64,000 nt of DNA from a bacterium (GTDB lineage: Bacteria > RBG-13-61-14 > DATKZS01): assembly GCA_963674965.2 (NCBI GenBank), contig CAXXFL010000003.1:448001-512000 (forward strand). The letters are read 5' to 3'. Position numbers and translations under genes: made by a program. Under the pieces are notes generated by a model, which was given only the letters and a program-made list of their open reading frames with translations, did not search any database and was not told the origin of the DNA. Shown piece by piece: positions 28,203 to 38,700 of the stretch. Each line of letters starts with the position of its first letter. The stretch's first letter is position 1.

Positions 28203-29777
28203 TCATCGCCTCTTTTGGATAAGCTCGGTAAGGCTGATTTCCCTCGCGGATATCGCTTTGTCCCACTTGGGACCGCGCTTCAAGAAAAGGGCGGTAACGG
28301 AGTCCAGATGCACCAGTGCCCAATCGTCTTGCTTGGCGAGCTCGAGGGCGAAGTTCCTTTGCCCGGACCCGACGTGCCTGATCAGGACCGCCTCGGCCGC
28401 GTATTGGTCGGATAATCGGCGGAATACGACGGGATCGGTAAAGGCGGCGTTATAAAGCTTCAGGGCCTTCTCCCCTCCGACCTCCATGCGGGAGTCGGCG
28501 AACACCTTCCAGTCGGGCCAGCCCCTCCAGATGAGGTACCCACCAAGGCCCGAGTCGTTGATAATGTTTCCCTTATAGCCGATGGATAAAAGAAGATCGG
28601 CCGCCTGGGCGGGATAGGTTATTCGGGACAGGCCGAAACCCGGCTCGCGCCCGGTCGAGTCCCAGGTCCTTACGGGCGCGGCCAGGGAAAGGACCGAAAG
28701 AAAAATGGCAAGGACAAGAGCCAAGATACCCGCCGCGGGCTCGAGCCTCCTCGCCAAGGCGGGCCATTTCCCGACCGGGTCCGCCGCCTCCAGGTGGACG
28801 GCGGCAAGGTGCATGAGGGCGACGCTCGCTATGCCGGTATTCCTTCTCGCCATGATGGCCATTGCCACGAGAATGAGGTTGAAGATTAAGAGGACGGGCC
28901 TTATGGCTCTTCCCGATAAGGCCGCCGCGGCCAGGCAGCACGCGGCGAACAAGGAGAAGGGGACCGCCTGCTTAAGGTAGAGGGGACTGGCGAAAAGGGG
29001 CTGGAATTCCCTTATTACCTGTTTGTGGTAAGTGGTTTCGAGGGCGACTTCCCTCAGGAGAGTCAAGGGAAAGAGGAAGCCCTTCACTCCGTAAGGTTGG
29101 CAAAGCCCGGCCGCGGCGAGGGCGACCACCACCAGGGCAAAGGCGTAAAGGGGAGGGGAAAACCCCCGTTCATTTGCCTTGCGCGCCTTGTCCAGCGCCA
29201 GCTCTCCCAGGTAAACGCAGGCTATCCCGAAGCCGATCGGCCAGAGTCCCTCCAGGTTGGCCCATAGGATTTGAACGAGGGGGGCCAGGAAAAGAAGCGC
29301 CGGCCGGCCCCGCCGGGCTCGCTCCAGAATTACGAAGAGAAGTGCCATGCAAAAAAAGGTCGGCGCCTCGGGTCTCCAGGTGAGACGAGGATTGAGGGCG
29401 ACCAGGAAGAGGACCATTATAAAAGCCAAGAGTCCCATGGGATAGCGGCGGGGGAGAAGGAGGAAACAAGCCATGATCGCGGCCGCGGCGGCCATATTCA
29501 GCGCCGTTATGGAAAAGGCCCCGAGGCGGTCGTAAAAAAACCAGGTTATGACCTGGAAAAGCCACTGGGCGTCAATCCATTCCGCGCCTTGACGGACAAA
29601 GGAGTACTCGTCCACGCGGGGAACGGCCATCCTTTTCAGGATCAACTCGCCCGTCTTCAGGTGCCAGGGAAGGTCCGCTCCCCTGGGCTTGGTGGCCGCC
29701 AGGGAAAGGGCCAGGATAATACTCGAACCCGAGGCAAGAAGACCGATATATTCGCGCCTTTTCTCCAGAACGATCAC
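28203..29777 (-). CDS. Polytopic membrane protein, GT-C-like
   Basis: DLPWHLKTG, EWIDAQWLFQ, WRPE, LWANLEG, GGYLIW, VFADSRME; GTG start. Confidence 0.72.
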   Translation of the reverse strand: MIVLEKRREYIGLLASGSSIILALSLAATKPRGADLPWHLKTGELILKRMAVPRVDEYSFVRQGAEWIDAQWLFQVITWFFYDRLGAFSITALNMAAAAAIMACFLLLPRRYPMGLLAFIMVLFLVALNPRLTWRPEAPTFFCMALLFVILERARRGRPALLFLAPLVQILWANLEGLWPIGFGIACVYLGELALDKARKANERGFSPPLYAFALVVVALAAAGLCQPYGVKGFLFPLTLLREVALETTYHKQVIREFQPLFASPLYLKQAVPFSLFAACCLAAAALSGRAIRPVLLIFNLILVAMAIMARRNTGIASVALMHLAAVHLEAADPVGKWPALARRLEPAAGILALVLAIFLSVLSLAAPVRTWDSTGREPGFGLSRITYPAQAADLLLSIGYKGNIINDSGLGGYLIWRGWPDWKVFADSRMEVGGEKALKLYNAAFTDPVVFRRLSDQYAAEAVLIRHVGSGQRNFALELAKQDDWALVHLDSVTALFLKRGPKWDKAISAREISLTELIQKRR

Positions 29778-29843
29778 GGGCCGATTATAGCAGACGATGC
29801 CCCTTATTGACAGGGGCGGGCATGGACGCGATTTGGATGGAAA

Positions 29844-30581
29844 TCAGCGCAACCAGACGGGCTCGCTCACGAGTTTTTCGTTGATAAAGGCGGCTATCCG
29901 TTCCTGCACCGACGGGTCGATATGGATGAATTTCACTCCCATGCCGGGGAGGGATGATTTTTTACAGTAGGTTTCGTACTCGTTGTTCCACACCACCAGG
30001 CCGGTGGCCTTCACGGGCAGGTCGAGTTCCGGTATCTTGAACTGGATTTCGACGATTTCCTCGCTGGGGGCGGGGTCTATGGTGCGGATGAAAGTGCCGC
30101 CGGCCGAGAAATTGGAGGTATAGTTGGCGTATTGTTCGCCGTTGATTTTATAGGTGACCGGCAGGGACTTGAGCAGGCGGGGGTGGTTCCTCGAGTTGCT
30201 CTGACCCATGTGGAACACCTGGTTGACGCGAAACAGCACCTCGTCCACCAGGGCCGTCTTGGTGATGTAGCCGGTCGCTCCCAGTTCCTTCAAGCGGTCG
30301 ATTTCCTTGTCGCTCTTGAAAATGCCCGTAACCACAAGGACCCTTTGGTCCAGTTGGTTTTCCTGAATGTTTTCCAAAACCTCGAAACCGGTCATACGGG
30401 GCATTAAAAGATCGAGGATGACCAGGTCGATCCCGTCGCTCTCTTCGTCCAGTATGTGCCAGGCTTCCTCGCCGTCGCAGGCGGTCAAAACCTGGTATCC
30501 GGCCTCGGTCAAGACGTCCTGGAGCATTACCCTCATGGGCAGGGTATCGTCGGCGACCAGTATTTTTTTCGTTCCTATAAT
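29844..30581 (-). CDS. Response regulator receiver domain fused to PilZ domain
   Basis: KKILVADD (upstream of first ATG), LDLLMP, VVTG, ITK; PilZ motifs RNHPR and NFSAGG, PGMGVKF. Start placed at non-canonical ATT 30581. Confidence 0.85.
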   Translation of the reverse strand: MIGTKKILVADDTLPMRVMLQDVLTEAGYQVLTACDGEEAWHILDEESDGIDLVILDLLMPRMTGFEVLENIQENQLDQRVLVVTGIFKSDKEIDRLKELGATGYITKTALVDEVLFRVNQVFHMGQSNSRNHPRLLKSLPVTYKINGEQYANYTSNFSAGGTFIRTIDPAPSEEIVEIQFKIPELDLPVKATGLVVWNNEYETYCKKSSLPGMGVKFIHIDPSVQERIAAFINEKLVSEPVWLR

Positions 30582-30584
30582 CGC

Positions 30585-30635
30585 AATACTCCTTGATTAA
30601 TTTAAATTAATCTAATAATAAAATCAAGGATTATT
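30585..30635 (-). promoter_or_regulatory. Inverted repeat sequestering the SD, with nested 18-bp palindrome
   Basis: mRNA AAUA-A-UCCUUGAUU ... AAUCAAGGA-G-UAUU; inner perfect GATTAATTTAAATTAATC at 30595-30612. Confidence 0.6.
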
Positions 30636-30941
30636 TTACGCCGGCTCGATCGAGATGGCCCTTACGTTTCAAATCTCTAATTTAAAAAGAAAAAATTCCA
30701 AGAATAAGAAAAAGGTGCAGTAATTTGAAAAAATGATGCCATATGCTTCGATGATATTAACACCAAAGACGTACTATTGCAAGAACAATTTTCCCGTTCG
30801 GTAACAATTTCCTTTATTACTAAATATTATCTTTTTTTTCAGAAGTTAACTCCGTTGTTAATTGACTTTTTTTGACTATAAATCCGGGGCGGTTAAAAAC
30901 CTCGCTTGCCCGGAGGGAGAAGGGGGAGTAAACTCTCCTTT

Positions 30942-31940
30942 GTGAAAGCGAAACCCAAAATAGGCATTACTTCCACCGTGCCCATCGAGATTATTCTGGC
31001 GGCCGGACTCGAGCCGGTGGACCTGAATAACGTCTTTATCGGCTCCGACTCCCCCCTGGCCATGGTCGCCCTGGCCGAGGACCGCGGATTTCCCGGCAAC
31101 TCCTGCGCCTGGATCAAGGGCATGTACGGAGCGGCCAATGTCCATGGCGTGAAAAGGGTCCTGGGCGTGACCCGGGGCGACTGCACCAACTCGGAAAAAC
31201 TCCTGGAAATATGGAGACATGATGGACTTAAGACGGACCGCTTCGCCTTTCCCGACGAGCCGGACGAGGCCGCCCTCGCCTCCGAGCTCGAGAGACTGGC
31301 CCGAGCGCTGGGTCCCAGCCTCGCCGAGGCCGAAAAAAAACGGCTCGAGCTTTTGCCCCTCCGGCGGTCCCTCGAGGAACTCGACCGCATGACCTGGCAG
31401 GACGGCCTGGTATCGGGCGCGGAAAACCACCTGTGGCTGGTCGGCTCGAGCGACTTCGGCGGAAATCCCGAGCGCTTTCACCGGCGGCTGATCGAGTTCA
31501 TGGAAGAGGCCAAAACTCGGACTCCCCGGCGCCCGGCGCCCAGGCTGGGCTACCTGGGCGTTCCTCCCATCGCGCCCGACCTGTACGAATTTATCGAGGG
31601 ACTCGGGGCCGGAGTGGTTTTTAACGAGGTCCAGCGCCAGTTTTCCATGCCCGGCGACCGGGGAGGGCTGGCCGCGCAATACGCCGCCTATACCTACCCC
31701 TACGACACCGCGGGCCGGGTCCGGGATATAAAGCGCGAGATCGAGAAGAGGAACTTGGCCGGCCTCGTCCATTACGCCCAGACCTTCTGCCCCCGCCGGC
31801 TGGAGTCGATCCTGCTGGAGGAGATCCTGCCCGCGCCGGTCATTACCATCGAGGCCGACAAGCCCGGCCCCCTCGAGGCCCGTACCAAGACCCGTCTTGA
31901 GGCCTTTATCGAGGGCCTAAAAGCCCGCCATCGTTCATGA
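30942..31940 (+). CDS. 2-hydroxyacyl-CoA dehydratase subunit (HgdB/D-like)
   Basis: IGITSTVPIEIILAAG, CAWIKG, GDCTN, GLVHYAQTFC, IEADKPG, TRLEAF; probable GTG start. Confidence 0.85.
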   Translation: MKAKPKIGITSTVPIEIILAAGLEPVDLNNVFIGSDSPLAMVALAEDRGFPGNSCAWIKGMYGAANVHGVKRVLGVTRGDCTNSEKLLEIWRHDGLKTDRFAFPDEPDEAALASELERLARALGPSLAEAEKKRLELLPLRRSLEELDRMTWQDGLVSGAENHLWLVGSSDFGGNPERFHRRLIEFMEEAKTRTPRRPAPRLGYLGVPPIAPDLYEFIEGLGAGVVFNEVQRQFSMPGDRGGLAAQYAAYTYPYDTAGRVRDIKREIEKRNLAGLVHYAQTFCPRRLESILLEEILPAPVITIEADKPGPLEARTKTRLEAFIEGLKARHRS

Positions 31941-32494
31941 TTCATTATTTATACATATTGTTTCACAAGGATTGACGGGCCCAGTTCTTGCGATTATCGA
32001 ATACGCTATCAATAGTTATGACGATCGGTAGCCAAAACGAACCAAACCATATATTGATGATTTAACCATAAAACCAATCCGGACGGAGCGGCAAGCACCT
32101 TTTTGTTGCCTTTATGATAGACCTCGCAAGTTCTAAAACGGGCCGTCATCTCGGTACGGGCGGTATTGAAAGCCTGAAAAAACCGCATGCCAAACGAGAG
32201 GACTTCCATCACTCGATCCCGTCCGGGGCGGGTTAAGGCGCGCATGGAAGGATATGCCGGCGCAAAATTTGAGACATTACCATTTTTCCGACCCCTGAAA
32301 AATTTGCGTAGCGGGTTCTTTCATATAAATATTCAATAAAATTGATAATTTCAAAATTACCAATCCAGGTCGTGCAATACGCCTCCAGGCCTGAATCGAT
32401 CGGTTGTCCAGCCGGGAAGACATACCGGTTGAATGGCAAAATAAAATCTTTTAAAAACAATGCCTTAATATTATATCCGCCATAATCGCGCTAT

Positions 32495-32510
32495 TGGCGC
32501 TATTTTTGCT
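32495..32510 (+). promoter_or_regulatory. Sigma54 -24/-12 promoter upstream of the giant protein genes
   Basis: TGGCGCT-ATTT-TTGCT with exact GG-N10-GC spacing in an ~830-bp AT-rich intergenic region. Confidence 0.65.
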
Positions 32511-32768
32511 TGATTATATCCGGGGGTTTATATCCGCTTGGCTTGTAAATTCAGGTCTAATAATTTATAATGACCTGGAAACCAAAGGAAAAGGACAATA
32601 CCATGAAAGGTTGAATGTAAGAATCCGGGCAAGTAAAAATTCCGTTTTATCCCTTTACTAAAAGACGCGTTAGAAATTATTCCCCAGACGGCGATTAAGG
32701 TTATTGTTCCATTTTGCAAGGCGGTTCCAGCCCATCGGCAACCGCGGCCAGTCGGGAGGTAAGCAGTT

Positions 32769-35700
32769 TTGAGACAAAGATGGAGTCCTATCGCGTGCGC
32801 CATCGTGGTGGCCATTCTCTTTGCGCTGACTTTAAGCGCAAGACCCCGGGCGGCGAAATCCGCCGATGATATCGGGGCGCCCCCCCCGGTTCCCTTTTCC
32901 GGCGGCCAGGGCGGCGACGTCCCGGACAAGGCCGGCTCGGGGGACGCCGACGGCGACGGCATGCCCGACTCCTGGGAGAACGCCTATTCCTGCGTCATGG
33001 CCAACACGGTGGACAACCTGGCCAATCCCGACGGGGACCTTTTCAACAACGCCTCCGAGTACGCCAACAACGGGGACCCCTGCGAGGCCAATACCGGCGA
33101 ATGCGCTGACGGCAAGGACAACAACGGCAACGGTTATATCGACCTTCTCGACCCCGGCTGCGACGACCTGATTGATCCCAGCGAGTATCCGTCCAACGCC
33201 TGCGCCAACGGAATTGACGACGACAGGGACGGCTTCACGGACTTGACCGATCCGGACTGCCTCGGCGAGGATGACGTGGCCGAGATGAAGCCCTTTCTCG
33301 CCGGGGAGTTGGAACTTCCCTCGCCCGCGTATGACGTTTTCATCTCCGGCGATTACGCCTTCGCGGCCAGCGGGGAAAGCGGGCTAATAATTCTGGATAT
33401 AAGTGACCCCCAAAGCCCCGCTCTGGCCGGATCGTACGATACCCATTTCGCCCAGGGCGTTTACGTCATGGGCGACCACGCCTACGTGGCCGACCATGAG
33501 GAAGGCCTGAAGATCATCGATATCTCGAACCCGCGAACCCCCAGCCTCGTGGGATCATACTACGCCTCGGGCCCGGCTTACGACGTTCACGTCTCGGGCG
33601 GCCTCGCCCTGGTGGCGGACTGGAATTTCGGCCTCCAGATAATCGACGTCTCCGACCCGGCCAACCCCGAGTTGGCGGGGACCCTCGATACTCCGGGACT
33701 GGCGCGCGGCGTCTTCGTCTCCGGCGGATACGCCTATCTGGCCGACGACGTCCTCGGCCTCCAGATAATCGACTTCTCCGACCCGGCCCACCCAAGGATA
33801 GTGGGAAGTTATAACTCCCCGGGCGCGGCCCACGAGGTCTACGTCTCGGGCGACCTCGCCTATCTGGCCGCCTGGGACTTCGGACTTAAGATACTGAACG
33901 TATCCAATCCGGAAAACCCCGTACCGGTCGGGGAATACCTTACCGAGGGAAACGCCTGGGACGCTTACGCCGCGGGCGGCTACGTCTTCGTGGCGGACGA
34001 CGTTTCAGGACTGAATATTATCGCCGCCGCCAACCCGGCCACGCCGACCCTGGCGGGAAAATTCCCCGCGGACGGGACTTACGGGGTCTTCGTTTCCGGT
34101 GATTTCGCCTATCTGACCGGCGCCTCCCCCGCTTTCCAGGCCGTGGACGTCAACGCCCTGGACGTCGATGGAGATCAGGCGCCCAACCACTGGGAGCTGT
34201 TTTATAAATGCCTTGGCGGCTGGACCGCCGACGGGTCCCTTGACGAGGACTCGGACGGACTGACCAACCTGGAGGAATACCTCGCCAACCTCGACCCTTG
34301 CCATCCCGACACCGACGGAGGGTTCGAGGACGACGGCGGCGAGGTATCCTCCGGCCGCAAACCTCTCGATTCTCGCGACGACCTGTTCATTGACGCCGAC
34401 GCGGACGGCATGGCCGACTCGTGGGAAAACTCCCATCCCTGCGTGGCCGCGGGGGAGGACGACGGCTCGGCCAACCCGGACCAGGACCTCTGGAGCAACC
34501 TGGACGAGTTCCTGCACGACGGCGACCCGTGCGAGCCCAACGCCGGCGAATGCGCGGACGGTCTGGACAACGACGGCGACGGCTTGATCGATTGTCTTGA
34601 TCCCGGATGCGTGGACCTTGGCGACGCCGGCGAAAGGGGAACCAACGCTTGCGACGATGGAATCGATAACGACCATGACGAACTGGTCGATTATCCTTTC
34701 GACCCGGACTGCTCGGGACCCGAGGACGTGGCCGAACTGAAACCCACGCTCGAGGGCGCGCTCGACTCCCATCGGGCGCTGGGCGTGACCGTCTCGGGCG
34801 ATTACGCTTACCTGGCCGACCATGACGGCGGCCTCAAGATCATCGACGTCTCCGACCCAGCCGCCCCCTTCACGGCCGGCCAATACGGGACCGGCGTGGC
34901 CGTCATGGACGTCTTCGTCTCCGGCGGTTACGCGTATTTGGCCGCGGACGACGAGGGACTGCTGATCATCGACGTCTCCAATCCGGCCGTCCCTTCAATG
35001 GTCGGATCACTCGACTCCGGCGGTAGCGCCGGCGGAGTATACGTCGTGGGCGATTACGCCTACCTGGCGGCTGGAGAATCGGGCCTTTTGGTCATGGACG
35101 TCTCCGATCCGGCCGCCCCGCGTCTCGTCGGGCCCCACCAGACGGCGGGGCCAGCGAGCGCGATCCACGCCTCCGGGGCTTACGCTTACGTGACGGACGA
35201 CGAGGGCCTCCGGATTATCGACGTCTCCGACCCGGCCCATCCCATTCTTTTAGGGTCCAGTGAAGCCGATCGGCCTAACGACGTTTTCGTCTCCGGCGAC
35301 TACGCCTACCTGGCCGACCATGAGGCCGGGCTTAAGATTATCGACGTCTCCGACCCGGCCCATCCAGTCCCGGCCGGCTCTTTCGAGACGACCTCGGCCG
35401 CCTATGGGGTCCACCTTTCCGGATACCTGGCGCTGGTGGCGGACGACGAGTCGGGACTCCTCGTCGTCAACGTCTCCGACCCGGAAAATCCCCGCCTCGC
35501 CGGGGCCTACGAGACGAAATGGGCCTCCGCCCGGGCGGTCCACCTGGCCGGCGGGCGCGCCTACGTCGCTTACCGCGGCGAAGGACTTTTCATATTCGAT
35601 CTTAACCTGACCGACACCGATGGAGACGGCCTTCCCAACCATATGGAATCCTTCCGCGACTGCCTTGACCCCTGGACCGCGGACGGCCAGATGGACAATG

Positions 35701-38700
35701 ACGCGGATGGAATCGCCAACCTCGAGGAGTACGCCGCCGGACTCGACCCCTGCGACCCGGACACCGACGGCGGCGGGGAGACCGACGGAAGCGAGAAGGT
35801 ATACGGGCGCGACCCGAAAGACCCCTCCGACGACGAGTCCGACCAGGACGGCGACGGCATGATCGACGCCTGGGAAAACTACCATGCCTGCATGAATTCG
35901 AGCGCCGCCGACGCCGCGGCCGACCATGACGCCGACGGCTTGAATAACCTCATGGAGTACTTTGCCCGTTCCAATCCCTGCGACCCGGACACGGACGGCG
36001 ACGGGATGGACGACGGATGGGAATTCTCGTACCAGTGCGTTGACCTCCTTTTCGGCGATTCCGCTCTGGACGCCGATGAGGACGGTCTTAGCGGGCTCGA
36101 TGAATATAAGGCCGGTACCGACCCCTGCGACCGCGACACCGACGGCGACGATTATGAGGACGGCTTTGACCTGGACCCCCTTGACCCGTTCCTGAACCGA
36201 TACGCGGCCGAGGTGAGGCCGGCCGATGGCCAGAGGCGATGGGTCGAGGTGGGCGACAGCCTGGGCGTGGCCTTCCAGGTTTACGACCAGAAGGGGGCGC
36301 TTTTCGAGGAGGACGACTCGAGCCGGTTCACGCTTTCGGTCGGCGGCTCGGCCATCTTCTCCGATACGGCCCGCGTCGGGAGCGTAGTAAGCGGTGGCGG
36401 CTCGAGCCAGGTCCTGGTCCGGGCCTCGGGCGGAGTGGTGAGCGTGGGCGTTTCCGATCGGGCGGCGGAGCGAGTTCCTCTCACCGCCCTGGACACGGAA
36501 GCACTCGGGTTCTACGCGCCCGCGACCGAGACCCACTCGGATACCATATCGGCCAGCTACTCTAACTCAAGGGGCGGTGAAAGGTTCCGAGGCAACGTGT
36601 TTTCCGTGACCACCTCGACCCCGCTCACGGCGTATTCCATCTATCTGGACAACGAAAACGACAATACCATGCACTTCCTGGTCTACGAGTCCGATAGCGC
36701 CACCGGACCGTGGGACCTGGTCTTCCGCGAGATACGACACTTCCCGGGAGGCGACGAGCACTGGTATTCCATCGAGGACGTCAACGTTATTCTCCGGGCT
36801 GGAAAATATTACGCCGTCGGCGCCTGGTGGGAGAGCGTGGTCAACTACTATATTTCCAGGTCTTCGGCCGCTCCCTCCTTTGGATCGGTCCTCAACGGAT
36901 GCTACCTGGACAGTGAGGTCCCCCTGGCTGAAGACCCGACCTTCAATACTTACGTCAACTATTACTACCAGGTCCTTACCACCTCCAGCCAACTGCAGAT
37001 CGATTTTCTGGACCCCGAGGCCGACGCGGACGGCGACGGCATGGCCGACGGGTGGGAGGACCTGTACGATTGCGTGGACTCCATGGCCGGCGACTCGGCC
37101 CTGGACCCGGACGGCGACGGCGCGAAAAACCTCGAGGAAAGCGAGCTGGGCTCGGACCCTTGCGATCCCGACACGGACGGAGACGATTATGAGGACGGCC
37201 TTGACCTCGATCCTCTTGACCCGGCCGTCAACAAATACGCGGCCGAGGTCAGGCTGGCCGAGGACCAGAGAAGATGGGTCGCGGTCGGCGACTGGCTGGG
37301 CGTTACCTTCGAGGTTTACGACCAGAAGGGCCGGCTTTTCGAGGAGGACGACTCGAGCGCTTTCACCCTGTCGGTGGATGGATCGGCCGTCTTCGCCGGC
37401 GAGGCAAAAGTCGGAAACCTGATAAGCGGGGGCGGCGGGGCTCAGGCACTGGTCCAGGTATCGGGAGGAATGGTTACCATCGAATTGTCCGGCTCGACCG
37501 TGGAGCGCGTAATCCTTTCCGCCATCGACGGCGAGGGCCTGGGCGCGGCCATGCCCGCGGCCGAAATATCGGTCGACGCCATCTCGACCGACAACTCCAA
37601 CTCCCGCGGGGGCGCGAGGTTCAGAGGAAACGTTTTCCACGTGACCGCCTCGACCCTGCTCACGGAGTATTCCATTTACCTGGATAACGAAAACGAAAAT
37701 ACCATGCACTTCCTGGTCTACGAGTCGGACGGGGCCGGCGGGCCATGGAGCGTGGTACTCCGGGAAATAAAAAGCTTCCCGGGAGGAGACGAGCACTGGT
37801 ATTCCTCCGGCCCGGTCCGGGTCATTCTCAAGGCGGGAAAATATTACGCCGTCGGCGCCTGGTGGGAGAGCGTGGTCAATTACTACATCAGCCCATCCTC
37901 GGCCCCGCCCGCCTTCGGTTCGGTCCTGAACGGATGTTACCTTGACGGCGAAACTCCCACCTCGGACAACCCTACCTTCAATACCTACGCGAACTTTTAT
38001 TATCAGGTCCTCACCACGAGCGACGAGATCGTAATCGACGTCATCGACGCCTCATTGGACGGCGACGGCGACGGGCTTTCCGACGCCGAGGAGCGCGAGT
38101 TGGGCACGGACCCCGCGCGCTGGGACACGGACGGGGACGCGCTGCCGGACGGCTTCGAGGAGGACAACTCGATCGGACGCGGCTCCAATGGTCTGGACCC
38201 ACTGTCCGCCGCGGACGGACTCGAGGCCGACTTTGACGGCGATGGGATCGAGAACTCCCACGAGTACTATAACGGGACTGACCTCTGGGAGGCCGACGTC
38301 ACCGGCGGCGCGTCCTGCTACAGTTGGGGAGACTCGGGAAACACCGTCGAGGCGGACGGAATAATTTCGCCCCTCGACGTCAACAGGCTCTCCAACAGAA
38401 TAATAGGAATGAACGTGTCTTATACCGGCGTTCTCCCACCCAACGGCGACAGCCAGAAACTGATGGGAAACCCCGCCGGCGTGTCCCCCCTCGACCTCAA
38501 CCTGATCAAGGCCATGGCCGGAGGAAACGAGACATACACCACTCCCACCATACCGACCGACCTCATCGTGGACGGCTCCACTTTACGGAGCGTGGCCGAC
38601 GGATCGACCACGCGGGTGACCGTGAGCGTTGTCAACTCCTCGGCCATCGGTTACTCGTCCTCCTTCGGCGTGGTCTTCGAGATCGACCCGGCCTCGACCG

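Noticed and set aside
32009-32460. Small minus-strand ORFs in the AT-rich spacer
   Set aside because: Short, no clear SD, atypical codon usage and no motifs.
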